A DNA stretch of 64,000 nt from Deltaproteobacteria bacterium. GTDB taxonomy: Bacteria > Myxococcota > XYA12-FULL-58-9. A model generated the notes under the pieces. That model had not been told where the DNA came from. It ran no database searches and worked only from the letters and a program-made list of their open reading frames with translations. Position numbers and translations under genes: made by a program. Location: positions 166,358 through 230,357 of the forward strand of contig JACRCV010000075.1 in NCBI GenBank assembly GCA_016218825.1, in the 5' to 3' direction. This document shows positions 1-8,069 of the stretch, piece after piece. Positions within the stretch are counted from its first letter, which is position 1. Every line of letters starts with the position of its first letter.

Positions 1-216
1 GGTGACGTTCTTGCCGTCGGCGGTGCGCGCCACCCGTTGCACCAGCTTGCCGGTCTCGCGGTCGCGCAGCAGTAGGAAGCCGCGGTCGGCCTCGGAGGCC
101 TCGATGAAGGCGTCGGTGATCAGCGCCAGCAAGCGGTCGAGGTCCCGGGTCGCCAGCATGTTGCGGCTGACTTGCAGTAACCAGATCAGGCGTTCGTCGA
201 AGGACTCCTGCGGCAT
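1..216 (-). CDS. GAF-domain regulator, N-terminus (partial, continues beyond window start)
   Basis: Reverse strand from ATG at 214-216 reads MPQESFDERLIWLLQVSRNMLATRDLDRLLALITDAFIEASEADRGFLLLRDRETGKLVQRVARTADGKNVT, a typical GAF-domain N-terminus as in sigma54-activator-type regulators. Runs off the window edge, so it is not in the ORF track. Confidence 0.55.
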   Translation of the reverse strand, partial: MPQESFDERLIWLLQVSRNMLATRDLDRLLALITDAFIEASEADRGFLLLRDRETGKLVQRVARTADGKNVT

Positions 217-247
217 GCGGAGGACCGTATCACACAACCGGGGCTCG

Positions 248-811
248 TCACCAACCCCGCGACCCCGGCGCCTCCGGCGGCGCGACGCTGAGGGTCTCGA
301 CCGCGGTGTCGAACGCCGGCAGCCCGCTCCAAAACAGCCGCGGCACCGCCGAGTACGCCAGATCGACGACGACCCCAGAACCGGCGAGCAGCAGCCCGAC
401 CCGACGTCGCGGGCTGTCCTCCAGATCGAAGGCCACGTCGTAGTGGAGCGCCGGCCGGCCGGAGACCACCCGCGGCTCTTGGCGCTGCCAGACCAGACGT
501 CGGTCGCTGGCGAGCGGTGCGAACATCAGGTCGAGGGCGGCTTCGAGCGGGGCGCCGTCGTCGACGACGCCCTGAAGGCTGATGACGGTGTAGAAGGCGT
601 CGGTGCTCGCCGGACCGGCGTAGAGCAGCGCGGCGCCGTCGCCCTGCGGCAGCCACGCGGCCGGAAGCGCCAAACAGACGCCGAGCGCGTCGTGGCAGAC
701 GCTCTGCGTCGGTGGCTCCGGTGGCGGCTCCGGCGGCGACTGGCAGCCGGCGATCCACCACGCCATCGAGGCCGACAAGAGGGTGCGCCGCAGCATAAGA
801 ACGTATACCAT
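248..811 (-). CDS. hypothetical lipoprotein
   Basis: ORF track 248..811. N-terminus MVYVLMLRRTLLSASMAWWIAGC is a lipoprotein signal with lipobox. The overlapping + strand ORF 2..820 is Arg/Pro-rich antisense. Confidence 0.6.
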   Translation of the reverse strand: MVYVLMLRRTLLSASMAWWIAGCQSPPEPPPEPPTQSVCHDALGVCLALPAAWLPQGDGAALLYAGPASTDAFYTVISLQGVVDDGAPLEAALDLMFAPLASDRRLVWQRQEPRVVSGRPALHYDVAFDLEDSPRRRVGLLLAGSGVVVDLAYSAVPRLFWSGLPAFDTAVETLSVAPPEAPGSRGW

Positions 812-826
812 GGAGACTAGACCGTC

Positions 827-947
827 TTCAGGTGGACGTGATCCGGCCCCCGCCCCACTCGGGGGCGGGGGATTCAGGGGGTGGGGGTGGGGAGCGACGC
901 CGCATCGGCGGCGCGGGAATCAGATGAAGGCGAAAACGGTCTAGGCG
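827..947. repeat. structured GC-rich repeat, copy G (subfamily 2), flanked by inverted 13-mers ctagaccgtcttc / gaaaacggtctag
   Basis: Contains hairpin ccccgccccactcgggggcgggg and G-tract gggggtgggggtggggag, then gcgggaatca. About 85% similar to copy E at 46499-46600. Confidence 0.5.
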
Positions 948-979
948 CCGGTACCCACGCGGGGAGTCGAGGTTGCAGC

Positions 980-1297
980 ATGGCGGATGACGATCGCAGA
1001 GTCGAAGCCCGGCTGGACCTCGGCGGCCGGGGCCTGTCGGCGACGCCGGAGCGGATCGGCGAGCTCGAGCGACAGGCGGCGCAGATCGAGAAACAGACGC
1101 GCGCCAAGCCGGCCAAGACCTTCGACAAGGTGATGGCGGAGCGCGGCGGGGCGCCGCCGCCCGTGGTCAGCGCCAAGGAGAAGAAGCGTCGGGCGCTGCC
1201 GAAACAGGGGCCGCGCCTCGGGCTGCGGCATCCAGCACAGCGTGCCGCGTACGGCCGCGACGACGACAGTCAGGACCCGGTGGTGATCAAAGGATAG
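980..1297 (+). CDS. hypothetical small charged protein
   Basis: Internal ATG of ORF 881..1297 (MADDDRRVEARLDLGG...PVVIKG). High GC3 and coiled-coil-like composition; no recognisable domain. Confidence 0.3.
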   Translation: MADDDRRVEARLDLGGRGLSATPERIGELERQAAQIEKQTRAKPAKTFDKVMAERGGAPPPVVSAKEKKRRALPKQGPRLGLRHPAQRAAYGRDDDSQDPVVIKG

Positions 1298-1314
1298 CGC
1301 GAGGGGCGGACTGA

Positions 1315-4296
1315 ATGGTCGAAGAGTTGATGGCACTGGGCGCGGCCGCGGTGCGCCGCCTGGGCGTCGTCGCCTCCCTGTGTGGCGCTGCCTGTCTCGA
1401 GCCCGGCGGCCCTGCTCCCGACAAGGGCGCGGTGGCGTGCGTCCGCGACGGCGACTGCGCCGGTGACGAGCGCTGCGCCGGCGGGTACTGCGAGAAGCTC
1501 TCCGGCACCGACGCCGACGTCACCCGACCCCGGCGACCGGCGATCGTGCTGCTCACCGAGTCGGTGCGCTTCGTCGACGTCGGCCCGGGCCGGCGGCAGA
1601 CGCGGACGGTGCGGCTGACGAATCACGGCGACGACAACCTCCTGGTGCACCGAATCGACGTCGCCGGCGATTCGGGGCGGGTGCGCGTCGACCCGGCGCC
1701 GGACGGCTTCGTCTTGGTGGTGCCGCCGCAGGTCGAGTACGCGCTGACCGTCACCTTCGTCGGCTCGGACGGGGTGGCGTTCGTGGGCTCGCTGAACATC
1801 GACAGCAACGACCAGGCGCTGAGCCGGGCGTCCCTGCCGGTCGCGGTGCAGTACACCGGCCGGCCGTTCTTGATCCTCACCGGAGACGAGGCCGGCCAAC
1901 ACGCGGAGAACCTGGCCGACAAGGCCGTCGACCTCGGGCCGCAGCCGACCGGGCTCGCACCGCCGCACCGCTTCTTCCTGAAGAACCTCGGCATCGGCGG
2001 CGCCTTCGCGGTGTTGGAGCCGCCGAGGTTGGTGGGCGACGCCGGCTTCAGCGTCACGATCCGACCGGCGCCGGATCTGGACGGACGTTATCGCCTCGGC
2101 CGGTTCGCGGCATTCTGCGACACCATCGCCGACTGCGAGGGGGCGGCGGACGCGTGTCGCGGCCGCGTTTGCGTCCAGGCCGACCTGCCGGTGGACGAGC
2201 TGGTGCTGGAGGTCGTCGCCGATCCGGGGCTCGGCCAGAGCGGCGCCACCAGCCTGCAGGTGCGCTACGGCACCCCGAACGGCGCGGTCAGCGACGAGGT
2301 GCGCGTGAGCCTTACGGCGCGGGGCGTCGCGGCCGACCTCTTCCTGGATCCGGTCCAGGTCGACTTCGGGGACGTGAGCGTCGGTTTTCCACAGTCGCGC
2401 CTGGTCGAGATCCACAACCTGAAGAGCGCCGCCTTGAGCGTCACCGCGCTCGATCTGCTCGGGCCTGCGGCCTCCGGTGCCACGCCGCTCTTGCGGGCCG
2501 AGGTGCCGCAGGGCGCGCCGCCGTTCGTGCTCGAGCCCATGGCGACCGCGATCGTCCGTCTCGACTTCGTCGCCGCGGCCGCGAACCTCGGTGACACCAC
2601 GGCGACTCTGGCGATCGAGACCGATGCCGCGGCGCTGCCCTACGTGGTGGCGATCACCGGGCGTTCACGGATCGGTCCGGACCTGGTGACGGTGCCGCTC
2701 CTCGAGCTCGACGCCGGCGTGACCCATGTGCGCCGCGCCGCCACGGCGATGCTCCGCGTCGGCAACGCCGCCGAGCCGACCGCTGATCCGCTGCGGTTGA
2801 CCGCGGTCCACGCGGCCTCGACCCACGGCCAGGGCGAGATCAGGGTGAGCCCGGTCGCCGTCGATCTGGCCGTTTATCCTGGGGATTTTGTCGAGGTCGC
2901 GGTGGAGTGTACGCCCGCGGTGATCGGAGTGCTCGAAGGCATCGTGACCCTGGAGAGCGACGCGCCCGACAACCCGGCGCGGCGCCTCGAGGTCCGCTGC
3001 GAGGGGATCGATCCCACCCTGACCCTGGGTTACGAGAGCCTGGACAGGGCGGGGGTGGGCACCTTCCAGCTCGGCGACGACCACCCCTGTCGCGACGATG
3101 CCGCCAGCTATCCGAGTCCGTGTCTCGACGTCGGCCGGCTGTACGTGAGCGGCGCCCGGCGCGCCCCGCTGACGCTCGGCAACGTCGGTGTCGGTCCACT
3201 CACCGTGCGCGCGGTCGCGGTCTCGCCGGCGGACGCCGGCTTCGCCGTGGACGGCGCGTTCCCGCTGACGCTCGCTCCCGGCTCAGGCGCCGAGGTCGCG
3301 GTGACGTTCACCGGCGGCTCGGCCACCGAGACGCGAGGCGCGGTGTTGGCGTTCGACCACGACGACGACGACACCGCGGCCACCATCCACCTGGTCGCGT
3401 CCACCGCCGACTGCGGCGGCACGCTGCGGGGCTGCCCAGCGATCGCCGAGTGTGTGACGACCGCCACCCACGACGCCTGTTGTCGGGCCTACGACGACCC
3501 GCGCGCCTGTGGTCCGAGCTGTGCCCCGTGCCCGGCGAAGAGCCACACCCGCCGCGCCTGCGTCGGCGACGCTTGTGCTTACGAATGTCTCTCCGGTTGG
3601 CACGACCTCAACGGCAACGGGGACGGTACCGGCGGCAGCATCGACGACGGCTGCGAGTACGCCTGCGTCGCGACCAACGCCGGCGTCGAGGTCTGTGACG
3701 GCCTCGACAACGACTGCGACGGCCTTGCCGACAACGGCCTGGTGCTCTTCGACTCGCTGGGCGCGGAGGCGCCGCAGGTGTGCACCCCCGGGACCAGCGC
3801 CGGCTTCCTCGGTTGGTATCAGGAAGCCGACTTCGGCAGCGTCACGGCGGTCGGCGGCAGCGCCATGGAGCTCACGGTCTTTCCCGGCCGGCTCTATCGC
3901 TCCGACCCGCTCGGTCCGGCGGGCGACGTCGACTGGCTGCGGGCGGTGTTCGCGGAGGTCGACGCCTGCGCGACCATCGGTTTCCGCATGGACATGGAGC
4001 TGGCGGCGCCGCCGGGGACTCGGCTGCAAATGTGCGGTCGCCTGCACGGCGCCGACGTCGCGCCGCTGTTCACGCTGCCGTGCGACGAGATCGGCGGCGA
4101 GCCGGTGCTCGACGTCTGCGCGGTCGCCGACGGGGTCACGGCGGCGTCCCTGCGTTTCGAGTGGCCGGAGAGCTGCGGCGTCGCCGACGATCGGGTCCTC
4201 GATCTTCGGGTGCAGGCGGCACCCGGCGCCACCGGAGGGGCCGCGGCGTCGTGCGCGCCGTACGTCCTGACGTTGTCCGGCGCCCGTCTCTATTGA
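1315..4296 (+). CDS. large secreted protein with repeated Ig-like/'choice-of-anchor D'-type beta-sandwich domains and a C-terminal Cys-rich MopE-like metal-binding motif
   Basis: ORF track, 993 aa. Signal-like N-terminus, then repeated ~100-aa modules (e.g. VDVGPGRRQTRTVRLTNHGDDNLLVHRIDVAGDSG). C-terminus ...CVGDACAYEC...CDGLDNDCDGLADNG matches the myxobacterial MopE/'putative metal-binding' motif. Confidence 0.8.
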   Translation: MVEELMALGAAAVRRLGVVASLCGAACLEPGGPAPDKGAVACVRDGDCAGDERCAGGYCEKLSGTDADVTRPRRPAIVLLTESVRFVDVGPGRRQTRTVRLTNHGDDNLLVHRIDVAGDSGRVRVDPAPDGFVLVVPPQVEYALTVTFVGSDGVAFVGSLNIDSNDQALSRASLPVAVQYTGRPFLILTGDEAGQHAENLADKAVDLGPQPTGLAPPHRFFLKNLGIGGAFAVLEPPRLVGDAGFSVTIRPAPDLDGRYRLGRFAAFCDTIADCEGAADACRGRVCVQADLPVDELVLEVVADPGLGQSGATSLQVRYGTPNGAVSDEVRVSLTARGVAADLFLDPVQVDFGDVSVGFPQSRLVEIHNLKSAALSVTALDLLGPAASGATPLLRAEVPQGAPPFVLEPMATAIVRLDFVAAAANLGDTTATLAIETDAAALPYVVAITGRSRIGPDLVTVPLLELDAGVTHVRRAATAMLRVGNAAEPTADPLRLTAVHAASTHGQGEIRVSPVAVDLAVYPGDFVEVAVECTPAVIGVLEGIVTLESDAPDNPARRLEVRCEGIDPTLTLGYESLDRAGVGTFQLGDDHPCRDDAASYPSPCLDVGRLYVSGARRAPLTLGNVGVGPLTVRAVAVSPADAGFAVDGAFPLTLAPGSGAEVAVTFTGGSATETRGAVLAFDHDDDDTAATIHLVASTADCGGTLRGCPAIAECVTTATHDACCRAYDDPRACGPSCAPCPAKSHTRRACVGDACAYECLSGWHDLNGNGDGTGGSIDDGCEYACVATNAGVEVCDGLDNDCDGLADNGLVLFDSLGAEAPQVCTPGTSAGFLGWYQEADFGSVTAVGGSAMELTVFPGRLYRSDPLGPAGDVDWLRAVFAEVDACATIGFRMDMELAAPPGTRLQMCGRLHGADVAPLFTLPCDEIGGEPVLDVCAVADGVTAASLRFEWPESCGVADDRVLDLRVQAAPGATGGAAASCAPYVLTLSGARLY

Positions 4297-4505
4297 AGCT
4301 CGTGCGGTGCGGGCGCCACCCCGAGGTGGGTCTTGGCGCGGGCGAGCTGCGAGGCGATGGCGCTGTCGAGGGTGTCCGCGAGGGCGCCGTCCGGATCGGC
4401 GGCCGTCGACAGGGCCTTTGGCGCGGCGGTCGCGAGCATCAAGAGACCGCTGGTGGCGAGCATTGCCATCGAGGTGGCGATCACGGCTAGCAAAGTGCGC
4501 TTCAT
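4290..4505 (-). CDS. small secreted protein (71 aa)
   Basis: Internal start MKRTLLAVIATSMAMLATSGLLMLATAAPKA... within ORF 4290..4652. GGGAGA Shine-Dalgarno sits 6 nt upstream. Convergent with the 3' end of the big gene. Confidence 0.45.
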   Translation of the reverse strand: MKRTLLAVIATSMAMLATSGLLMLATAAPKALSTAADPDGALADTLDSAIASQLARAKTHLGVAPAPHELQ

Positions 4506-4636
4506 GCGTGGTCTCCCGGCGTCCGCCTGTGGTAGTGGATTGCCTCGCTGGCTGTGATCGTACGAGGGGCCCCGGAGGCGGTCAAAAAACCGGCGCCCGG
4601 TCGACCGCCCGCCGTCGGGGTGGCGAAAGTGAGGCC

Positions 4637-6436
4637 ATGGAGCGAGCAGCACCGGAAGAGCGGTTTGGGCGCTACACGTTGGTCCGCCGGCTGGCGTTCG
4701 GGGGCATGGCCGAGATCTTCTTGGCCAAGCTGCGGCTCGAAGCGGGCTTCGAGAAGGACGTGGTGCTCAAGCGCATCCTGCCGCAGTTTGGCGCCGATCC
4801 GGCGTTCGTCGCGATGTTCGTCGACGAAGCCAGGCTGGCGGCGCGGCTCTCGCACCCCAACATCGTCCAGGTCTCCGACTTCGGCGCCGAGGACGGCGTC
4901 TACTTCCTGGCGATGGAGTATGTCGACGGCCTCGATCTACGGGAGATCCTCAAGGATCGCCACGATCGCCAGCAGCGCTTGTCGCCGGCGGTGGCCGCGG
5001 CGATCGGTGAAGGCGTGGCGCGCGGTCTCGCCTATGCCCACGATCTCGGGGACGCCGACGGCCGGCCGCTCGGCATCGTCCACCGGGACGTGAGCCCGCA
5101 CAACATCATGGTCAGCCGGACCGGCGACGCGAAGATCATGGACTTTGGCATCGCCAAGGCGGCGGGGCGCGCGACCCGCACCGCCACCGGCCTGATCAAG
5201 GGCAAGGTCGCCTACATGGCGCCCGAGCAAGCCGCGGGCCGCGACATCGACCACCGCGCCGACCAGTTCGCGCTCGGCCTCGTGATCTGGGAGTGTCTGA
5301 GCGGCCAGCGCATGTTTCAGGGCGGCTCCGATCTCGAGGTGCTGCGGGCGGTCGTCGAGTGCCGGGTTCGTCCGGTGACCGAGCTCTGCCCAGAGGTCCC
5401 GGACGCGCTGGCGCAGATCCTGTCGCGCACCCTGGCGCCGACCCCGGAGCAACGCTACCCGCACCTCGCCGATCTGGCTCGCGAGCTCGCGACGTTTCGC
5501 TTCGCTCTCGGTGCCGGCGGCGCCGTCCACCTCGGGGACCTCGTCACCGGCGGCGCGCCCCGCGCTGAGGTCAGGCGCAAACGGGCAACGCTGCCGCTCG
5601 GCGCCGCCGCCTCGGCTCCGGCGGCCGAAGCCCCCGAAGTTCCCACCTTGGCCACCCGCGCCAGCGACGCGGCCGAGACCACGGTGGTGACCCCGGAGCC
5701 ACGGATCGCTTCGCGGTCGCCGCCACGTCCGACGCTGCAGCGGTCCGGGGCACGGATGCGCTGGGGGCTCGCGTTCTTGTCAGTGGCGTCGTCGGTGGCC
5801 GTCGGTGGCCTCGCGAGTCGGGTTCGCGACCGCCGCCACGCCCTGGAACGACCCGCCGGCGAGGTCAGGCCGATCCCCGAGGTCGCCGCCGGCTCGGTCC
5901 GGGTGACGAGCATTCCCGCCGGCGCCATGCTGTTCTTGGACGGTCTCGCCACCGGCCTCACGACCCCGGTCACCTTGCCGCGCCTACCGCTCGGCGGGCG
6001 CTGGCCGGTGCGCCTCGATCTCTTTGGCCACCTATCGTGGCACGGCGAGGTCACCGTGACGCCCGGGGACAGCCTGGTGGCCGCGACGCTTTCACCGCTC
6101 GGCCCGCCGGCAGCGCCGCCGCCAGATACGGCGCCCACCGCCGCGCCGGCGAAGCCGAGCGCCGCCGGACGTCACGAGGGCGGCGGTCGTCCCGGTGACC
6201 GCGAGCCCGGCAAGCGGCGGGGCGTGGGCGAGGCCCGCCTCTGGCTGCGTTCGACCGGCGCCTGGTTCGACGTGTTCCTCGACGACACCAAGCTCGGCAC
6301 GACCCCGCTATCGGGGGTCGCGGTTCCGGCCGGACATCTCGAGCTCCGTCTGGTGAACGCCGAGGCGGGCCTGGAGCGCCGCCTGGTCCTCGATCTGGCG
6401 CGCGGCGAAGAGGCCCGCCGCACCTACACTCCCTGA
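4637..6436 (+). CDS. Ser/Thr protein kinase with C-terminal PEGA domains
   Basis: Hanks kinase motifs are present: GGMAEIFLA, VLKRI, HRDVSPHNIM, DFGIAK, APE. Two C-terminal PEGA-like beta modules (VRVTSIPAGAMLFLDG..., FDVFLDDTKLGTTP...). Start ATG 4637 (MERAAPEERFGRYTL). Confidence 0.9.
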   Translation: MERAAPEERFGRYTLVRRLAFGGMAEIFLAKLRLEAGFEKDVVLKRILPQFGADPAFVAMFVDEARLAARLSHPNIVQVSDFGAEDGVYFLAMEYVDGLDLREILKDRHDRQQRLSPAVAAAIGEGVARGLAYAHDLGDADGRPLGIVHRDVSPHNIMVSRTGDAKIMDFGIAKAAGRATRTATGLIKGKVAYMAPEQAAGRDIDHRADQFALGLVIWECLSGQRMFQGGSDLEVLRAVVECRVRPVTELCPEVPDALAQILSRTLAPTPEQRYPHLADLARELATFRFALGAGGAVHLGDLVTGGAPRAEVRRKRATLPLGAAASAPAAEAPEVPTLATRASDAAETTVVTPEPRIASRSPPRPTLQRSGARMRWGLAFLSVASSVAVGGLASRVRDRRHALERPAGEVRPIPEVAAGSVRVTSIPAGAMLFLDGLATGLTTPVTLPRLPLGGRWPVRLDLFGHLSWHGEVTVTPGDSLVAATLSPLGPPAAPPPDTAPTAAPAKPSAAGRHEGGGRPGDREPGKRRGVGEARLWLRSTGAWFDVFLDDTKLGTTPLSGVAVPAGHLELRLVNAEAGLERRLVLDLARGEEARRTYTP

Positions 6437-6504
6437 GCACATCGATCGCGACCGGTGTCGATGCGGATCCCTGAGGCCTCGGCCCGTCCGCGGCGTTGAG
6501 GGAG

Positions 6505-6625
6505 GCATAAATACATCGAAGAGATATTCTCAGGGGAGCTCGAGAAAAGAATCACATGGATGGAGGATTGTGAGGCGAATATTTCTAGGAGAAGATTGTT
6601 AGACGAATATTGTGAGAAGAATAGC
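6505..6625. promoter_or_regulatory. AT-rich island (~35% GC) with three ATATT-core repeats (GATATT at 6524-6530, AATATT at 6578-6583 and 6606-6611) and GAGAAGA purine repeats
   Basis: Seen directly in the sequence. AATATT should occur less than once per 64 kb at this GC content, yet there are two copies plus a GATATT variant within 90 bp. Confidence 0.4.
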
Positions 6626-6661
6626 AGCGCCCGATGGGCGCGGCAGTCCGGGTTGTGGACA

Positions 6662-7471
6662 ATGACGGCGGTGCTGTGGCAGGGATGGGGCGTGGAGACG
6701 GCCGAGATCGTCGATGGGTGGCTGGCGGCGCTGTTCGAGCGTCACCGCGCCAGTCTGACTTTTCAAGAAGTCCGGCGTGGGGTCCAGGCGCTGTCGCGCT
6801 CCTACGTCGAGCTGCGCGACCGGCGCCGGGCGCCCAAGGCGCTGGACGGCGCCGGCAAGCGGGCCGCGTTCGCCTGTTTCTTTACGCCGCTCCATTTTCT
6901 CCTCGTTCGTGAGCTCCTGGTGCAGCTGGCTCCGGCAGCGGTCGAGCGGGTCGTCGATCTCGGCTGTGGTTGTATGGGCGCGGGGCTGGCCTGGGCGACG
7001 GCGTCGACTACTGCGCAGACCGAGGTCCACGGTGTCGATCGCAATCGCTGGGCGCTGGACGAGGCGGCGCGCAACCTGTCGTGGTTTGGCCGCCGCGGTC
7101 GCGCGGTGCTCGGGGACCTCTGCTCCTTTCCGTCGCCGGCGGGGGCCACCGGCGTGGTCGTGGCGTTTGCCGCGAATGAGCTCGACGACGACGGTCGACA
7201 GCGCCTGCTGCAGCGGCTGCTCAGCGGGGTGGCCGCGGGCGCGTCGGTTCTGGTCGTCGAGCCCATCGCCCGCAGCTTGACCGCGCGGTGGTGGCCGGGC
7301 TGGGAGGCCGCGTTCGTGGGTGCCGGCGGACGGACCGATCTCTGGCGCTTGCCGGTCGAGCTGCCGCCGCGGCTTCGCGAGCTGGACCGGGCCGCCGGCC
7401 TGGATCACCGCGAGCTCACCGCCAGGACCCTGTACGTCGCGCGCCGCTCGGCCGACGCCGCGGTTCGTTGA
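6662..7471 (+). CDS. class I SAM-dependent methyltransferase-like protein
   Basis: ORF track 6560..7471. Motif VVDLGCGCMGAGLAW resembles SAM-binding motif I. I prefer the in-frame ATG 6662 because 6560-6661 is AT-rich, unlike any other coding DNA here. The 6560 start remains possible. Confidence 0.6.
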   Translation: MTAVLWQGWGVETAEIVDGWLAALFERHRASLTFQEVRRGVQALSRSYVELRDRRRAPKALDGAGKRAAFACFFTPLHFLLVRELLVQLAPAAVERVVDLGCGCMGAGLAWATASTTAQTEVHGVDRNRWALDEAARNLSWFGRRGRAVLGDLCSFPSPAGATGVVVAFAANELDDDGRQRLLQRLLSGVAAGASVLVVEPIARSLTARWWPGWEAAFVGAGGRTDLWRLPVELPPRLRELDRAAGLDHRELTARTLYVARRSADAAVR

Positions 7472-7511
7472 GTCCTTGCCGCGGGGTGGGGGAATGTAGG
7501 ATGAGACGGGC

Positions 7512-8069
7512 ATGATCGACGAGGCGGCCATCGCGGCGCTCTACGAGCGCTACGGCCACGCGCTGTATCGGCGCTGCCTGTCGTTGGTCGCAAACCCCGA
7601 CGACGCCCGCGAGCTCCTGCAGGAGATATTCTTGCAGTTCTGGCGGGGTAGAGACCGCTTCGAGGGTCGCAGCTCGGTGTTCACATATTTGTATCGGATC
7701 GCGACCAACAAGGCGATTGACATGTTGCGGCGAAGGACCACCGCAGGTGCGGTCGTGGACGAAAAGCATGCAGATGAGCGTTCTGGCGGCGGTTTTGGCG
7801 CCGAGCGGCGGGCCGCGGCGCTCCGGGAGCTGGCCGAGCTGACCGTTGGTCTGGACGAAGAGACGCTGACGATCGCGGTGCTCGCGTACGTGGACGGGAT
7901 GACACAGGACGAGGTGGCAGCGGCAATGGATCTGTCGCGGCGAACCGTGGGCAAGAAACTGAAGCGGTTCCTGGAGCACACCCGCGGGCGGGTGGGCGAC
8001 GGCCTGAGACAAGGCTTGGTGGCGCAACCGGTAGAAGGAACGGGCACGGATGGCGACACAGTCCCATAG
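7512..8069 (+). CDS. ECF (sigma-24 type) RNA polymerase sigma factor
   Basis: Region 2 (LQEIFLQFWR...FTYLYRIATNKAID) and region 4 (DGMTQDEVAAAMDLSRRTVGKKLKR) are recognisable. Confidence 0.9.
   Translation: MIDEAAIAALYERYGHALYRRCLSLVANPDDARELLQEIFLQFWRGRDRFEGRSSVFTYLYRIATNKAIDMLRRRTTAGAVVDEKHADERSGGGFGAERRAAALRELAELTVGLDEETLTIAVLAYVDGMTQDEVAAAMDLSRRTVGKKLKRFLEHTRGRVGDGLRQGLVAQPVEGTGTDGDTVP

Noticed and set aside
2-820. 272-aa plus-strand ORF at the window start
   Set aside because: It is antisense to a convincing lipoprotein gene (248..811) and to a GAF-domain N-terminus (1..216). Its composition is RSRSSRKPRSAS-type low complexity.
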